A stretch of 58,432 nt of DNA, filler included, from Platydemus manokwari (lineage: Eukaryota): the NCBI GenBank assembly GCA_037951405.1. It is 5 parts of 5 records of this genome, joined end to end, with 100 filler letters (N's around TTAATTAATTAA, not from the genome) between each part and the next. Parts side by side here need not be neighbours in the genome. Positions count along the whole stretch, not along the records: positions 32,481 to 43,866 come from JBBMOY010709984.1; positions 43,967 to 58,432 come from JBBMOY011454753.1; 3 more parts are not named here. One strand, given 5' to 3'. Below are positions 40,416 through 53,600 of this stretch, piece after piece. The notes under the pieces were generated by a model. The model worked only from the letters and a program-made list of their open reading frames with translations, made no database searches and was not told the origin of the DNA. Positions within the stretch are counted from its first letter, which is position 1. Every line of letters begins with the position of its first letter. A program made the position numbers and the translations under genes.

Positions 40416-41021
40416 TGGTTCGCAGGGGCTTCAGTAACTGGTATGAGGACAAGATTACTGGAAAAGTAGTTAATGTAATAAAAGGTCTTTTGCACAGAGG
40501 AACTGATGATGCTCTGGACCTGAAATGATTGAATTGTGAATTATCAAGAAGTCCCACTGAGTGCAATAAATAATATTTATTTAGGAAAAATACAAAAATA
40601 GCAATTAGTTAATTATGAATGAACACAAAAGAAATAAGTTTATTTATTTTAGCTATGTGCATTTCTTTATGTCTGATATTTACAATTCCTCTTACTTATT
40701 TAGATATCTTTTATTGATTAATTATTTCATAAATTAATAATTTCTCAGTGTCGATAACCATTTCCCACATTTGCATCTTTTACTCTGCTTTTTATATAAA
40801 CAGATTACATTATTAAAATATAATTAAGCACGATAATTTAATAGATTTATTAAATATTTTATTGGGTGGTCGATTGAGTTTAAATATTGCTGGTTCCTAG
40901 GGGCTTCAGTAACCGGTATGAAGTCCAAATTACTGGTAAAATTATGAATTTAGACTGAAGATCTGTGCGCAGAGGAACGGATGTTGCTCTGAGACTGAAA
41001 TGATGAAAAATCGTAAATCTC
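40416..41021 (+). repeat. Two ~130-bp direct repeats (period 475) ending in hammerhead-ribozyme-like cores; Penelope pLTR-like
   Basis: TGGTTC..AGGGGCTTCAGTAAC.GGTATGA...CAGAGGAAC.GATG.TGCTCTG...CTGAAATGAT at 40416 and 40891. CTGATGA-N12-GAAA at 40503-40525 and degenerate CGGATGT-N12-GAAA at 40978-41000. Confidence 0.55.
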
Positions 41022-43866
41022 GAATGAAATCGAGTTGATTTATAATGACGTGGCGAATTTAATAGATTTTAAAAATTATTTCCTTTGCGGTTAAGAATGC
41101 AATTGATATCCCTTGAACTAATCGTAACTTAGACAAAATGCGTGATACGAAAATTCTTTATTTATATTGAATAGAAACAAAACAATTATTATCAAAGAAA
41201 ACAATAAAGGTTTTTTTTGAAAAATAATCAGTACCTTGTCTGAGCGATTAACCTGTAAATTCGTAAGACGGACGAAGCAGGTGATTATTAAAGATGGAAG
41301 ATATTAGTTACCGACTCTCCACAATGTAAAATATTATTATCGTTACGAAATGTTATAAGAATGTTCAAATATTATTGAAATTATACAATGTTATGAACGG
41401 GATATGGTTACTTAATAAGCGTTTAAATGTTTGCAAAAACGACGATGAGAAACAAATCAAAACGAAAGGCTTACTATTAACTGTAAGATTGATCACAAGT
41501 TTCCTGTCCAATACAACGTTATTCCTCAATGTTCCTGCCTGAACTGGTCGAGAAATTCGATATATAACCGTGAATTAAGTCTACGATATATCCGTTCGCG
41601 ATGAGAGTTCTTGTGAAATGACAATCACCTGCTTCAAGGGAAAATGTTGGGTATCCGAATGAAATTGTCTATGGTATTTATAGTCGATGTTTTCTCCGCC
41701 TACGTCTATCTTGTTCTACGATTTAATTATTTATGCTGATTATTCTATTCATTTTCTTAATTTACATTTTCTTATTTCTTAATAATTATTATCTATCTTA
41801 TTTTGTAATTTCTAATAATTGTCTTAATTTATTGTTTTTCTAATATTTATTATCTATATTATTTTATTCTATTATCTACTTATCTATTTATTTCTATTAT
41901 TTATTATTTACCTATCTTTTGACTTAATATCCCTTTATATATATTTTTATTAGTTTATCATTTCCTATTACTTTCTCCCGCGTCGGCACTCGTCTCCCAC
42001 CTTCACCATCTACTCTGCACTTGTACATAAACATTCATAATGATCACAATAATATATGAATTGTCAATACATCAATTGTTTATTATAAGAGCATATAAAA
42101 TAAAAAATAGTTGTTTATTAACAATTCAAGCAATATATAGATAGTTGAAACACAACAATTAACTGATTATCAAGCATTTATGAAATAAAAGCAGTTTGAA
42201 TATTGTTGACATTGTTGGGTTTGACTTCGTTTGATGTTCTGTTTCTCGTGACACTGCTGGGCATCACTTCGTTCGACGCTGTTTCTCGGTTTGGCAGTCC
42301 ACAATCAATGTATACACTATCTTAGAATTTTATCATACGGTGGGACTGTATGTGCTTTTGAGTTTTAGAGTTATGTACACTATGACTGGTATCCAACAGA
42401 TTATTGATTATACAGTGAAATAACTAAAGTCACATTAAAAAGCTACATCACAAAATCTACACAAAATCATAATTATTGTCAAAGTGTATATACACAAAAG
42501 GCACAATATCATTGTTATATTGTTATTTGTTAGAATGATCACCATGGAATTATTGTTTCGTGTTGAGTAATGATGGTTTGATCTATGTTGCTGTCATTTT
42601 TTGCTCGGATATCCATAATCAAGGTGTTGTTTATCTTATTGGATTGGTATTTCCATTATCTATGTACAAAAGTTGGGCTTGATGATGTCTAATGACGATA
42701 TGCACGGGGTTTTGTAATTGTACACAGGGTTTTGTAACCGTAAGTAACTATACACTGTTAATTGCACTGTTAATACACTGGGACTGAGTATAATTGTAGA
42801 GTACTTTTTTGGCTGGGTAATCGTAATGTATTTCGTAGTGGCTGGTACCTTCAACAATATATTTAATTAATTTCGATGCTTTTTTTTGATATTTTTTAAT
42901 ACTCTGTACTCATCAATTTTTATAAAAATTGATTATTTATATCCCATCGATAATTGCACACAAATGATAATTTGCATTCAGTCTATATTTAGTTTACTAT
43001 TGTATAAACTTGTTCGAATTTTTACAGTGGATGAATTTTTATGTTTTATTGCTATCTAATCTTCAATTATCTCCTGATTGTCTTATGGTTCAAAGTTTTC
43101 AACAGGAATACCTAGTGAAAGTTATAATTACTAAACTATATTCTCTAAACTATATTCTCTTAGTCTCTTATTTGCATTTAAATCTTTAATTATTTTTCGA
43201 AACGTAATCTTTTTAATACTGACTTATAGTCTCGTTTAACACGGTTTTACATAACATGGATTTTTCTATGAAACTGCTACAATATTGTAGAAGGGACATC
43301 CGGAGAGACATTGTTTTAGACAAGGTGCATAAAAATAATTGGTTTAAATTAAAATATAATATAATGTATTGGTTTTCTAATTAAATTAGGGCTCTTCCTC
43401 AATCGCATTTAATAATCATAGATTTGAAAATGAAGCAAGTCACTTAGATATTTTTAATAACAAAATTAAAAACAAAAGTAAAATTTTCTCGAAACAGACC
43501 AAATTTTTCCACCCACATATTGTTAGATTTTTTAAAATGATTGAAAAAGTATTTTTATATTAAAAAATTATGAGAAAATGATCAAGTTTTTGTTAGTAAA
43601 ATTTTTTATAAATGTATATAAACTTTCAAAATGAAGCATCAGTATTCAAGAAATGAGATAGATTTCAAAGAAATATCGATTGCCATATTTTATTAATTAT
43701 TATTTTATTGCAATATATGGCTTATTTTCTTATCGGGATAAGCTTAAATGATTAAAAATGTGTAATCCTGTTTTCACTATATATTCAAATATTTATGGTT
43801 TTAGTATTTAGGGTCGGTATATTGAATCTTTTTGATTGGCATCTTAAATCCATAATTACTTTAATC

Positions 43867-43966
43867 NNNNNNNNNNNNNNNNNNNNNNNNNNNNNNNNNN
43901 NNNNNNNNNNTTAATTAATTAANNNNNNNNNNNNNNNNNNNNNNNNNNNNNNNNNNNNNNNNNNNN
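43867..43966. other. Artificial scaffold-joining spacer
   Basis: 44 N + TTAATTAATTAA + 44 N. Confidence 0.97.
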
Positions 43967-46536
43967 ATAATAATAAAATAATTAATCCATTGAATAAATC
44001 GATGGCAAAACGTGATGGCAAATTTTTATTTACAATTTTGTCCACGAACTTTATTTACAACCTAATAAAAACTAATTACGATTATTTGAGTTCGAGTCGA
44101 TAACCTTAAACAGTAGTCAATTAACTCATAAAAATTAACTCACGTAACAATTTAAACGTAATAAATTAAACTGCATTATTGTATATCAGTCAATTGGGTT
44201 GAGGAGATTGATTGACAAATTTAATATTAGTGTTGGGAATCATCAAGAAGGACTAAGTCATCAACTGATTTAAACCTTTAGATAATACTAATCTTTAATT
44301 TACCTTAGCGAAGTCTTCATACCCGTTATCGAAGCCCTTAATAACCAGTTAAAATACAGAACCAAAATTTTATTTTCAAAAACATTATTGTAAACTACAA
44401 AATTATACCAATATAAAAATTACAAATACGATATTCGACAAATCCTATGACATATAATTTAACAAATTCAAGAATAAGAGATGGTTGATAAACTCCACAC
44501 TCTTGGAGCAAAACCTTTTACCGAAAGATATTTGAGACAGCTCAATAATAGGAAATTACAGAAAATATAATATTGATCAGTGGTTTACAAAATTGAAAGC
44601 TTACTCACCTTTATAGGTTTACTGACAATAGTCCGTGAATTCGTAGGGCATAAATAAATTATCTTAGATATTGTATAGCTAGTGGTTTTTCGTAACCTAA
44701 TGGGGATAGACCACAGATTCTTCTCCTATTTATACGATTGCTCCATGTAGGTATTTTATCACTTTAATTATTTTAAATGTAGCTATTTTATTTTAAATTC
44801 CCAAGTGTTCTCCAAAATAAATCGTTGCAATCTTCATTCCTATAATGGAGATATTATTTTTATCTCATCTCAATGTTACTTTTATGTTATTTTTGAAATA
44901 TTATTTTAATTTTATAACCGTCGATTATTTACTAAAATATCAAAATAGAAGTGGAAAACTAGACAATATCTGTCAAAAGAATTCTTTATTTATGGCTATT
45001 TCATATTATATATTATTTATTTTATATTTATATTATTTATATTATATTATATTTTAAAATATAATATTTTGTTTACTTTCTTAACAACTTTTGATTTTTA
45101 CTTTATAAACTGCAACAGTTGATCATCGATTAATTATAATTATATGATTAGGTTGAGACGACAAAATCAACTATGCCAATTTGACTCGGGATACCCATTT
45201 GAAATCACTCTAGGTTTAGGTACTATCTTAGTTCGCAATTTAGCATTATTAAACGAGATTAATGCATTTGATGGTATAAAACTATTGTAAGAAATTCAAA
45301 GAAGCAACAAAACAAAAATATAAAAACTCAAAATGTCAAAACACCGGCAGTACTTTTATTCACAAGGATAAGAAGATTTTCAATTGTTACTTTAAAATCG
45401 ATTAACATGAAACTATCAATAATTCACATAGATTTGCAAAAAGAAATACGTATAATGACAGATTCTACTTCAAAGTAACGAGTATTAGCTCGAATACGTA
45501 TTTGAAAGAAAAAATGAGTTTCAAATTATACTACCTTTAGTTCGAAAAAGATAATTTAATGAAAAGTTGAGGTCATGAAAAAAGAAAATTATAATAAATG
45601 GCGTTTGCACTTTCTTTTTTGGTAAATGTTGAATCAAATGGAACTTTCCTAAACCCCCAGTAAATACCATTTTTTTCACATTGAACTTTGATGTACACAG
45701 CAAAAAACTTGGCTTCCAACTGGAAGTTCGCCATCTTTACGTCGATATTTATATTCGAGATATGCATGTAATTTTTTGTGTCGTGTTGTATCACATTTTG
45801 ATTTGATCTTTGCTTTTCCGTGTTCCTGGTTGGCTTTTGAGTTTCTGCATGAGTGGGATTGGCTAATCCCAGTGTGTCTGATGTTATGTAGCTTTTCCCC
45901 TTTTTCTAATTGTCCTTTACCATCTAAATTCACTATTATTGGTTAGTTGTCATAACAATATGGTTGTATATGCTTGAAAATGTTTGACGTGCTTAAATCA
46001 TGTGTTCTAACGTGCAAAAGTTGTTCTTCCTTTGCAGAATTTCATCTCACTCTACAATATATATCTTATTACTATTTATATTTTAAATATTATTCGTTAA
46101 TATTCGGGGATTGATTCACATCAACAATCTTTGTTTGTTGGAGTCAAGATGAGTTAAAGATTCCTAAAAAATCTCATGATACACAAATTTTAACATTTTT
46201 AACACTTTATGAGTATTGTTATATTATATTCATTTTAGAATACGTTCTGCAATTTTATTTTTCTATTTATATGGACTTGGATTTCTTTGTTTTTCTTTTT
46301 TTCTTTTAATATATTTTAAAAACTATGTTTAGGTTAAAAAAATTTTATCTGCTATTTTTATACTATTTGAGTTATTTGTTCAATTTATATTTTTTATTTA
46401 ATTTGATTTTAAAATATCCGTTTTTATTTCTATCTACTTTTAGATGTAAAGAATTTTGCGTGTTACTTATTAAAAAACTATTATCAATGGAGTGGAATTC
46501 TGTACCCAACACATATGAGATGATAATAGTTTAGTG

Positions 46537-47063
46537 CAGGGGTCTCCAAATTACGGCCTGCCAAGCTTACTATGAAACACATGAACATTATGACAAAATT
46601 AAGTGATACACATATTTATGATAATCGCTGTATTTTTAATGATGTTTCTTCACGTTTTTAGATATGTTCCATAGCGCCTAGAGTTACGAAAATTATATAG
46701 ATTATTCCATTTTCCGTTATCTTTCTAACAAAAAATAAACGGCATCGAAATACTATAATTATTTTTCAAGATATATGATAAAATGCAATCACATTTTTTT
46801 AAACAAAAAAAACTGACGTCGAGATTAAAAATAGATTTTTAAATGTAACGATAATTTAATTATTGATTTTGCACTTTTTCTCAATTGAAGTTTACCAAAT
46901 CTTGCTACAGGTCACGGTTGTCTGATGAACATTTAAATAACTTATTAATGATTTCAACTACTCATTTTGAACCACAATTTTTGTAAACCTATTATAGTTT
47001 TAGCCCTCCAAATTTTAAAAAATCAGCAATGTGGCCCTTTGCTGAAAAAGTTTGGAGACCCTG
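46537..47063. mobile_element. Non-autonomous hAT (Buster/Charlie-type) MITE
   Basis: TIRs CAGGGGTCTCCAAA (46537) and TTTGGAGACCCTG (ends 47063), with subterminal GGCC motifs. Flanking 8-mers GTTTAGTG and GATTATAT both have the Buster central TA but have otherwise diverged. Confidence 0.72.
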
Positions 47064-49248
47064 GATTATATGATTTATATTTTATTACACTTTAAATTAT
47101 CTTATTTTGGATATCATGTAAATAAACTTGATAATTCCGCAATGGAATAACTACTTTTCGACAAACAAACATCTGGACTTGAATATTTATTGACGAACAT
47201 TTATAAAGATTATAAATTATTTGTTTCTAATTCAAGCTTGGAGTATATTAATCAAAACATTCGTGTGTTCAATTATTTGTGATATCACTATAGTTCATTG
47301 ATAACAGATAAAAATGACTTTTCTATTTGATCAAAGAAGGAGTGGTAACTATTGTGATAAAGCTAATTCCCCATATTTGCCAGTAGCATATGTCACTCTG
47401 TTAATCAATTCATGGTGGAAATATATTCGCTAATATTATCGGCTTTATTCGTTGGTTAAATGGGAAAATAGTCAAAATATATTTAAAAAATAAAATTAAA
47501 AGAAAAAAAATCAGAAGTATACTTCTAAACATATCACATAGTCTTATAGTTAGGCTAATACAGAAAATCAATTCATGAACACGTGACGATGAGTTTCGTT
47601 TAAAATTCAACATCAGATTAGAAAACGTGATGCAGTGATATTACGTATTCGTCAATTTCTACATTAATCATTTTTATTTTCATTTATTTCAATTCAATTT
47701 ATTACTGTTAACATTATAATTAAAATAAATTTCATTTAAAGAAATTATCAAAGTCCTCAAACGGCTATATAAAAATATTAATTTATATTCGTTACTAATA
47801 AAACCTTTTACTAAAAGCTTAAATTTATACTTTTATATATTAGTTAGGTTAAATTAAAAGTAAAGTGGAAAAATTATCGCAATAATCATTGAAATAATTA
47901 TGATAAAATTTTCGAAAAACTCTTATTTAAATATTTGTGATGCAGAGGAGTCACAATTAAATCTAATTCAATAATACAAGTTATGACGCGGATTAGATTG
48001 TCTAAAGTAAGATTTTATAAATTCATGATGTTTCATTGCTTTATTTAGGTTTTGAAATTAGATTAGGCGACCTGTGAGACATTAATTTTCATTTAATGTA
48101 AATTTTTAATCACGTTTACAGAATAAAATCGAGACCAGTTAAATTAATCATTAGTATCAGAAATTTGGATATCAAATAGTTAAAATATCAAACATTCTTT
48201 TATTCCTTTCTAAACTTCCAATAGCAAAGATATTAAAAATAAAAGTTCTTGTCTTGTTTAAAGTTCAGAGAAATACTACACCTTGGTTAAAAGCTTCTAT
48301 TTAAGAAAATATCTCTATTGGGTACTTACAGTGCAGTGTTTTTTAATAGTAATTTAAAATTAAATTAATAGTAATTTTTTATTGAAACACGTTAATTTTA
48401 ACTTAATTATTTTGTCAATCAGATTCGGTGGTTTAAATTATGTATGGAAGCCAAGATTTAATAAACTCCATCTATTAATAAAAATATGTTGACAAAAATT
48501 ATTTCTAAGTCTATCAAATTTGATTCTTGCAAAACATTAAAAAAGGTTTTAAACTTGTAATATTAAAATGTTGATTGATATAATATTGCATGAAACAATA
48601 ATTTTGATACATAGAGAATAATAATAATACAATAAAGTTAGTATTGCAGCAGATTTTATTATTTTTTTCGCTTTGTTTAACAAACTGTGAGAGTTTCTGA
48701 ACTGCAACCTTTTTTCATTTTTCGGGAAAAGAAATTTTTTCGTACTGTTCTGGAAAAACATAGAGAGTTTTGAGCTATTATTTAAATAGAAATAAAGTAC
48801 AAAGTTCCTTGGTCAAAAAACCGTCTTTTAATAAAGAAATTATGAAAAACAATGAAATATCAATCACTATAGGAAAAGATAATTATTAGTTTAACATTGA
48901 TTTTAAAAAACCTAATATCTCTAAATATGAACTTTCACTTTGAATTTATTGATAATTAAAAAATTCAGTTCATTAAGAAATGTTGATTAATTGTTGATAA
49001 TATACCTAGATCGATCGTTTCAAATGTGCTGTTCCATTATATTAGTAAAAGTTAAATTCTTCCATTAATCCTTGATGTTTATTATTGATTTTGATCTTAT
49101 TGTTTCACAATTTCAAAATTTAATAATTCTTTATGAGATGAATATTTGATTTCCTCATATTAAATTTAGATTGTTAACTGAAATTTAAAATAGTTTTAAT
49201 ATATTTGTATTATAGAACTTTGGCTTACTAATAATTTTATTATTTTAG

Positions 49249-49399
49249 TAACTTGGAATATTTTCTTCAACAGTCAAATCCGACAGCATATCTTCTAATG
49301 CTCTGGGAAGCTCAAAATCGAGAAGAAACTGCATTAGTCGACTTGAAAAGCACTTTAAAAATTATTGGTTTACTTGATATTGCGAATGTATTTAAATGA
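49249..49399 (+). CDS. unc5: Last coding exon (death-domain C-terminus) of an UNC-5 netrin receptor
   Basis: After acceptor TTTTAG|T (phase 2): NLEYFLQQSNPTAYLLMLWEAQNREETALVDLKSTLKIIGLLDIANVFK*. This matches the UNC5 pattern YF...SPT..IL.LWEA......L..L...L..MG. Not in the ORF track. Confidence 0.8.
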
Positions 49400-50699
49400 C
49401 ATTAAATTTATTTATCAATGATACTACTTATTATTGAGAGTATTATATAACACCAGAAATTTTAATAAATACTGATCTCAACATTTTAACTTAATAAAAT
49501 GATAAAATAAAGTTGTATGAATAAAGAAACTCTTTTTGTTGTGAAAATGATCAGTTATATTAAAAAAATATTTGGAATTTTATATTCACGGAAATTTATG
49601 TATATTACTTAATAAACTTGACTAAATTGTTTCAAACCAAGAATTTCAAAATGAGATGGCTGATGTTAAACTTAATTTAAATTAAATATATTTTCATAAT
49701 TTTATGAAAGTAGTGCTACATTATGTCGGCATCTATAAAAGAGAAATGAAGATAACACTTAGAAACTTAAAATAAATCTAGATACAAGTATATCAGAACA
49801 ATATTTTAATCTGTTTAATGAAATTCGTTACACGTGTATTTTTAATAATTATCTCTAATAATATATATTAAATTTAGATGAGGTTAGTCACCATGACAAA
49901 ATTGATATAACTATATGTACATTTATCCACCAAATTCAAATATTTCTTTAAATTGTCAAATACTTATATTCTCGATACATTCTATTTTACACAAACGATT
50001 CATATTGATTAATAAAAACAAATTATGTAAAATTTCCGATAACTTTGAAGGCAATGGTGAAGAGAAATTAATAACCCTTGCAAGGAATAAGTGTTTTAAT
50101 TTAATTTAGTTTAATTTTCATTTTAGGTTTCTTGTAGGAGAATTTTGTGATTTTAAAATAAATGCTAAGGCAAATCCCAAAACAAGATTTTAAATTAAAA
50201 ATATTTTCAAAAGTCAATAATTGTCAACTGATAACTCATAAATTGCTAAATAACAATTTTTTTTAAAAAAAACCGTTATAAATTCGTTGATTTGTGGAAA
50301 CGGCCAAATAAAATTCATCATAAATCTTTCCATGTACCATCCACTGGATTTTCATTTCTCAAAAATATGTACGCAATTAGAGTCATGAATTATAACATAA
50401 TATATTATTAAATAATTATATTAATTACTATATGACTAGATATTCAGAAATGACAATGATTCCGTTGAAAAAGAAGAGACATGCTTTGGCATTCAAAATT
50501 ATGACGTAAGCAGTAACTCTGATGAAACATCTCAGAAGCAAAATTCAGTTTCACTGAATTATAAAATTTTAAGATATTGCGGAGTATTAGATAAAATGAA
50601 CCAAAAAATCTTGATCAAACCATTTTAACAGCTTTAAAATAGGTTAACTAAAAATTTATTTAGCATAAAATTGGTCTTCACGAGGTGGTGGGAAATCCA

Positions 50700-53600
50700 C
50701 TCACCTCGACTTTGATAAACTTTTGTATGTCTTGTAAAGTGGTATCTTCCTTAATTGAGCTTGCAGTGGCACCAAATCTGAGTTTCGGGAGCATCAAATC
50801 TTTTCTTTTTATTTTTGCGCTTTGAATTGAATTTGTTGAGATAGATACCAAGAGTTCTGAGTTCTAAGGAATATGGAATGTGACAGATGGCTAGTTGATT
50901 TTTTTGTTTTGTCTTGTAGCTTGGAAGTGTTAGCAGTAGGTAGTAGCAACATAGGTTGTAACGAAGAGTTAGTTGGTTGATTGCAGTACTGTTTGTTAGC
51001 TTGAAACAGATCATCAGATATGTATCGTATAATTGGATAATTGAAATGTTTAGGGAGTCGTGTTCACTGGGCTAGGAGTAAGAAGTCGTAGCATTCGAGA
51101 AGCTGGGTGTGAGATCCTATTTGGACAGAGCAGGAGAGTATATTTAAGTTATTAATAACTTTCTTTTAAAAAGTGAATGAATAAATTATATTTGGATGAT
51201 AATTTTAAAATTTTAGATTTAATGAAAGTGATTCGTATATAGTTAAGCAGTGTGAAAATTTTAAAATTATGTAAATTTGGAGGTCTGTTAATTAATATGA
51301 AAAGTTCTAATATGTGAATTAATTTAATATGAATTTGATATCAAAGATGATGAAAATTGATAAGTATTTAAATTGGGTGAAACAAGAAATGATTAAAGGT
51401 GATGAATGACAAAAAAATAATCAAGGAGCAATATTAATCTATTACTGTGTGAGGGGGTGTGATAAATTTGGCCTACCTTTATTTGTGTGGGCAGTATATG
51501 TGGCGTAAGCATCTCTTAACAGTGCTGTGATTATTAGTGAGAGAAGAAAATTAGTTATTGTGTTGTCGAGTTCTATTAACTTTAAGATTTTATCATTATG
51601 TGGGTCTCATGATTCTAATACACCTATGTTAAGGACATCTAATGTTGTTTGGTGCCTATTAGTGATAGCTATTTATTTTGTTATGGATTTGTACTTATCG
51701 TAGTTCAGTGATCTATATAGGCCAAAGTTAGTGTCCATATTATATGGTATTTTAAGATATATAATGTACTTGTATTTTTTTTTGCATTATTATGTATAAT
51801 TAGACCAGGTCTAAGCTTTGTGTTGATCTCAGCTGGTGCTAAATTTATATCAGCGTCTATCTCAAGGGACTGAAGGTATTTTTCTATGATGTCAAGAATC
51901 TTGGCGTGTCGTTTATTGCTTTTTCCGGGTATGGCAGGGCAATGTATGAAAACATGTGCAGCAATTTCATGTTCTGTGTTAGATCTTCTACATAGCAGGG
52001 GCTTATGAAACTTAATGAAGTATAGAGAGTAATTAAAGATGAGGAAGTTATTCCGGGCCCAGTGGGTGAAAATTCAGACTTCAGGAGAAAGATGACAATT
52101 ATATAGGGGTTTTTGGGAACGTGGTGAAGCAGAAAAACAGTGAACCAGACAACCTTGTTTTTGGAGGGTCTTCCACTGATTATAATGGAATATTTGGACG
52201 GGGTCATGGGGTATATCTGAGAGTTTGTTCCTGTTATCGACTGAAAAGAAATATGTGAGGTTTTTTCTGATGCGAATTTCGGATACATTGTATAAGAATT
52301 CAATGTTGATGTTGTATTTTCGTAATTTTTTAACTGAGGAACGGATTTGTGTCCACCAAGTTGAGATGGGGTATTTAGATGAGAGGATATTATCGCTTAG
52401 CCATGATAGTGTAGTGTGTATGGTGTTTGGGTGAGATGGGTCGAGTCTTTTACCAACAATGTATAGCAAGTGTGATACAATAAATTCACGGATCTTGTGC
52501 ATCGAGGTCGATTAGTGATTTATTAAAGGATTGTGGAGGTGATACGAAGTTATGAGTGCTCGAATCTTTTGAAACATTAAAGTTGAAATTATTTGGACAT
52601 ATATTATAATTACGTAAAAGTGGGGAAATTTTTCAACGTTAAAAAATATTAATAAAGAAAGAACATATAATAAGATATCTGCATTTGAATTCGAAGTGAT
52701 AAATCTGGTAGTAGATAATCTAGAAGGGTGAACAAGATTATAGTTAAAATTATTATTTTGATAAGAATTCATAGGTTTATGTTGCCGTCTAATTCGATTT
52801 TTTAGTTTGATTTGGATTGTTGTGGTATTGAGTTAGTGGTGCGAGGTCAGAATAGTTATGAAGTGGTTTGAATCTGTTGACTGAGTGAAATCTGTTGATC
52901 GGGTTCGGAGCATAGGCTGTTGGGGACGTGAATAACTGTTTGCTGTGATCGGGCAGTCGGTGTGGGGAGTAGAGCGCGTCCGGTTGTAGTTTTCGGGATT
53001 AGTTGGTGTCGGAATTGACCAGCAATGTGACAAGCATTGTGATTTGTGAATTGAGGTTTCGGAGAAGCGGTATCTCTGGTTAAATCAACATAATACCAGG
53101 AAATATTATCATTTACAGGTCTAAATGAAGAAGGATAAGTGTGAAAATCATTAACAAGAAAGTTTTGTAATCGGTCTCTGGTGCGGGTTCCGTTACCATG
53201 GAGATCTGAGAGAATTCGACCAGTAAGGAAGCCAGTAAGGGATGAGATGATGGACCTTGGAAGAGAATTCATGTTATGAACATGATTTAATTTACGGTCA
53301 CCGGATTGGCTTCTCGGTCTAGATTTCCGTCTCTGGATTCTAGATAAATATCATAATTATTTTCATTGAAGAGAGTATATGGCCGGGCAGAGTAAAATCC
53401 ATGTAATTAAGGACGGGTGTTCTCCATAGTATGACGAGAGGGGTTCTCGTATTGATTTCCATTTGGATTCCGCCGGGGATAGGCAAAGATATCTCCATTT
53501 TCACCAGAAAATGAAAAAATTCTGCGATCAACACGATGATGTAATCTTCTACAATGTAGACAAAAAAAATAATTACACCAGGGATTTGTGATTTGTATGT
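50700..53600 (-). mobile_element. Decayed non-LTR retrotransposon (LINE)
   Basis: Less AT-rich block with ORF fragments. RT-like pieces in order: PAEIN..PG (about 51820), SVQIGS (cf. GVPQGS, about 51120), YISDDL (about 51015), IPYSLELRTLGIYLN (cf. KYLGV, about 50850). Confidence 0.45.

Noticed and set aside
40918-40962. SECIS-like ATGA-stem-AAA-stem-GA hairpin
   Set aside because: The AAA spacing is too long, the GA quartet is lost in the sister copy, and there is no selenoprotein exon upstream.
41320-42030. Possible solo LTR (TG...CA, internal TATA)
   Set aside because: No second LTR, and no convincing PBS, PPT or TSD.
45520-46050. Possible MULE transposase fragment
   Set aside because: Only a CxxH-like hint; not enough to call.
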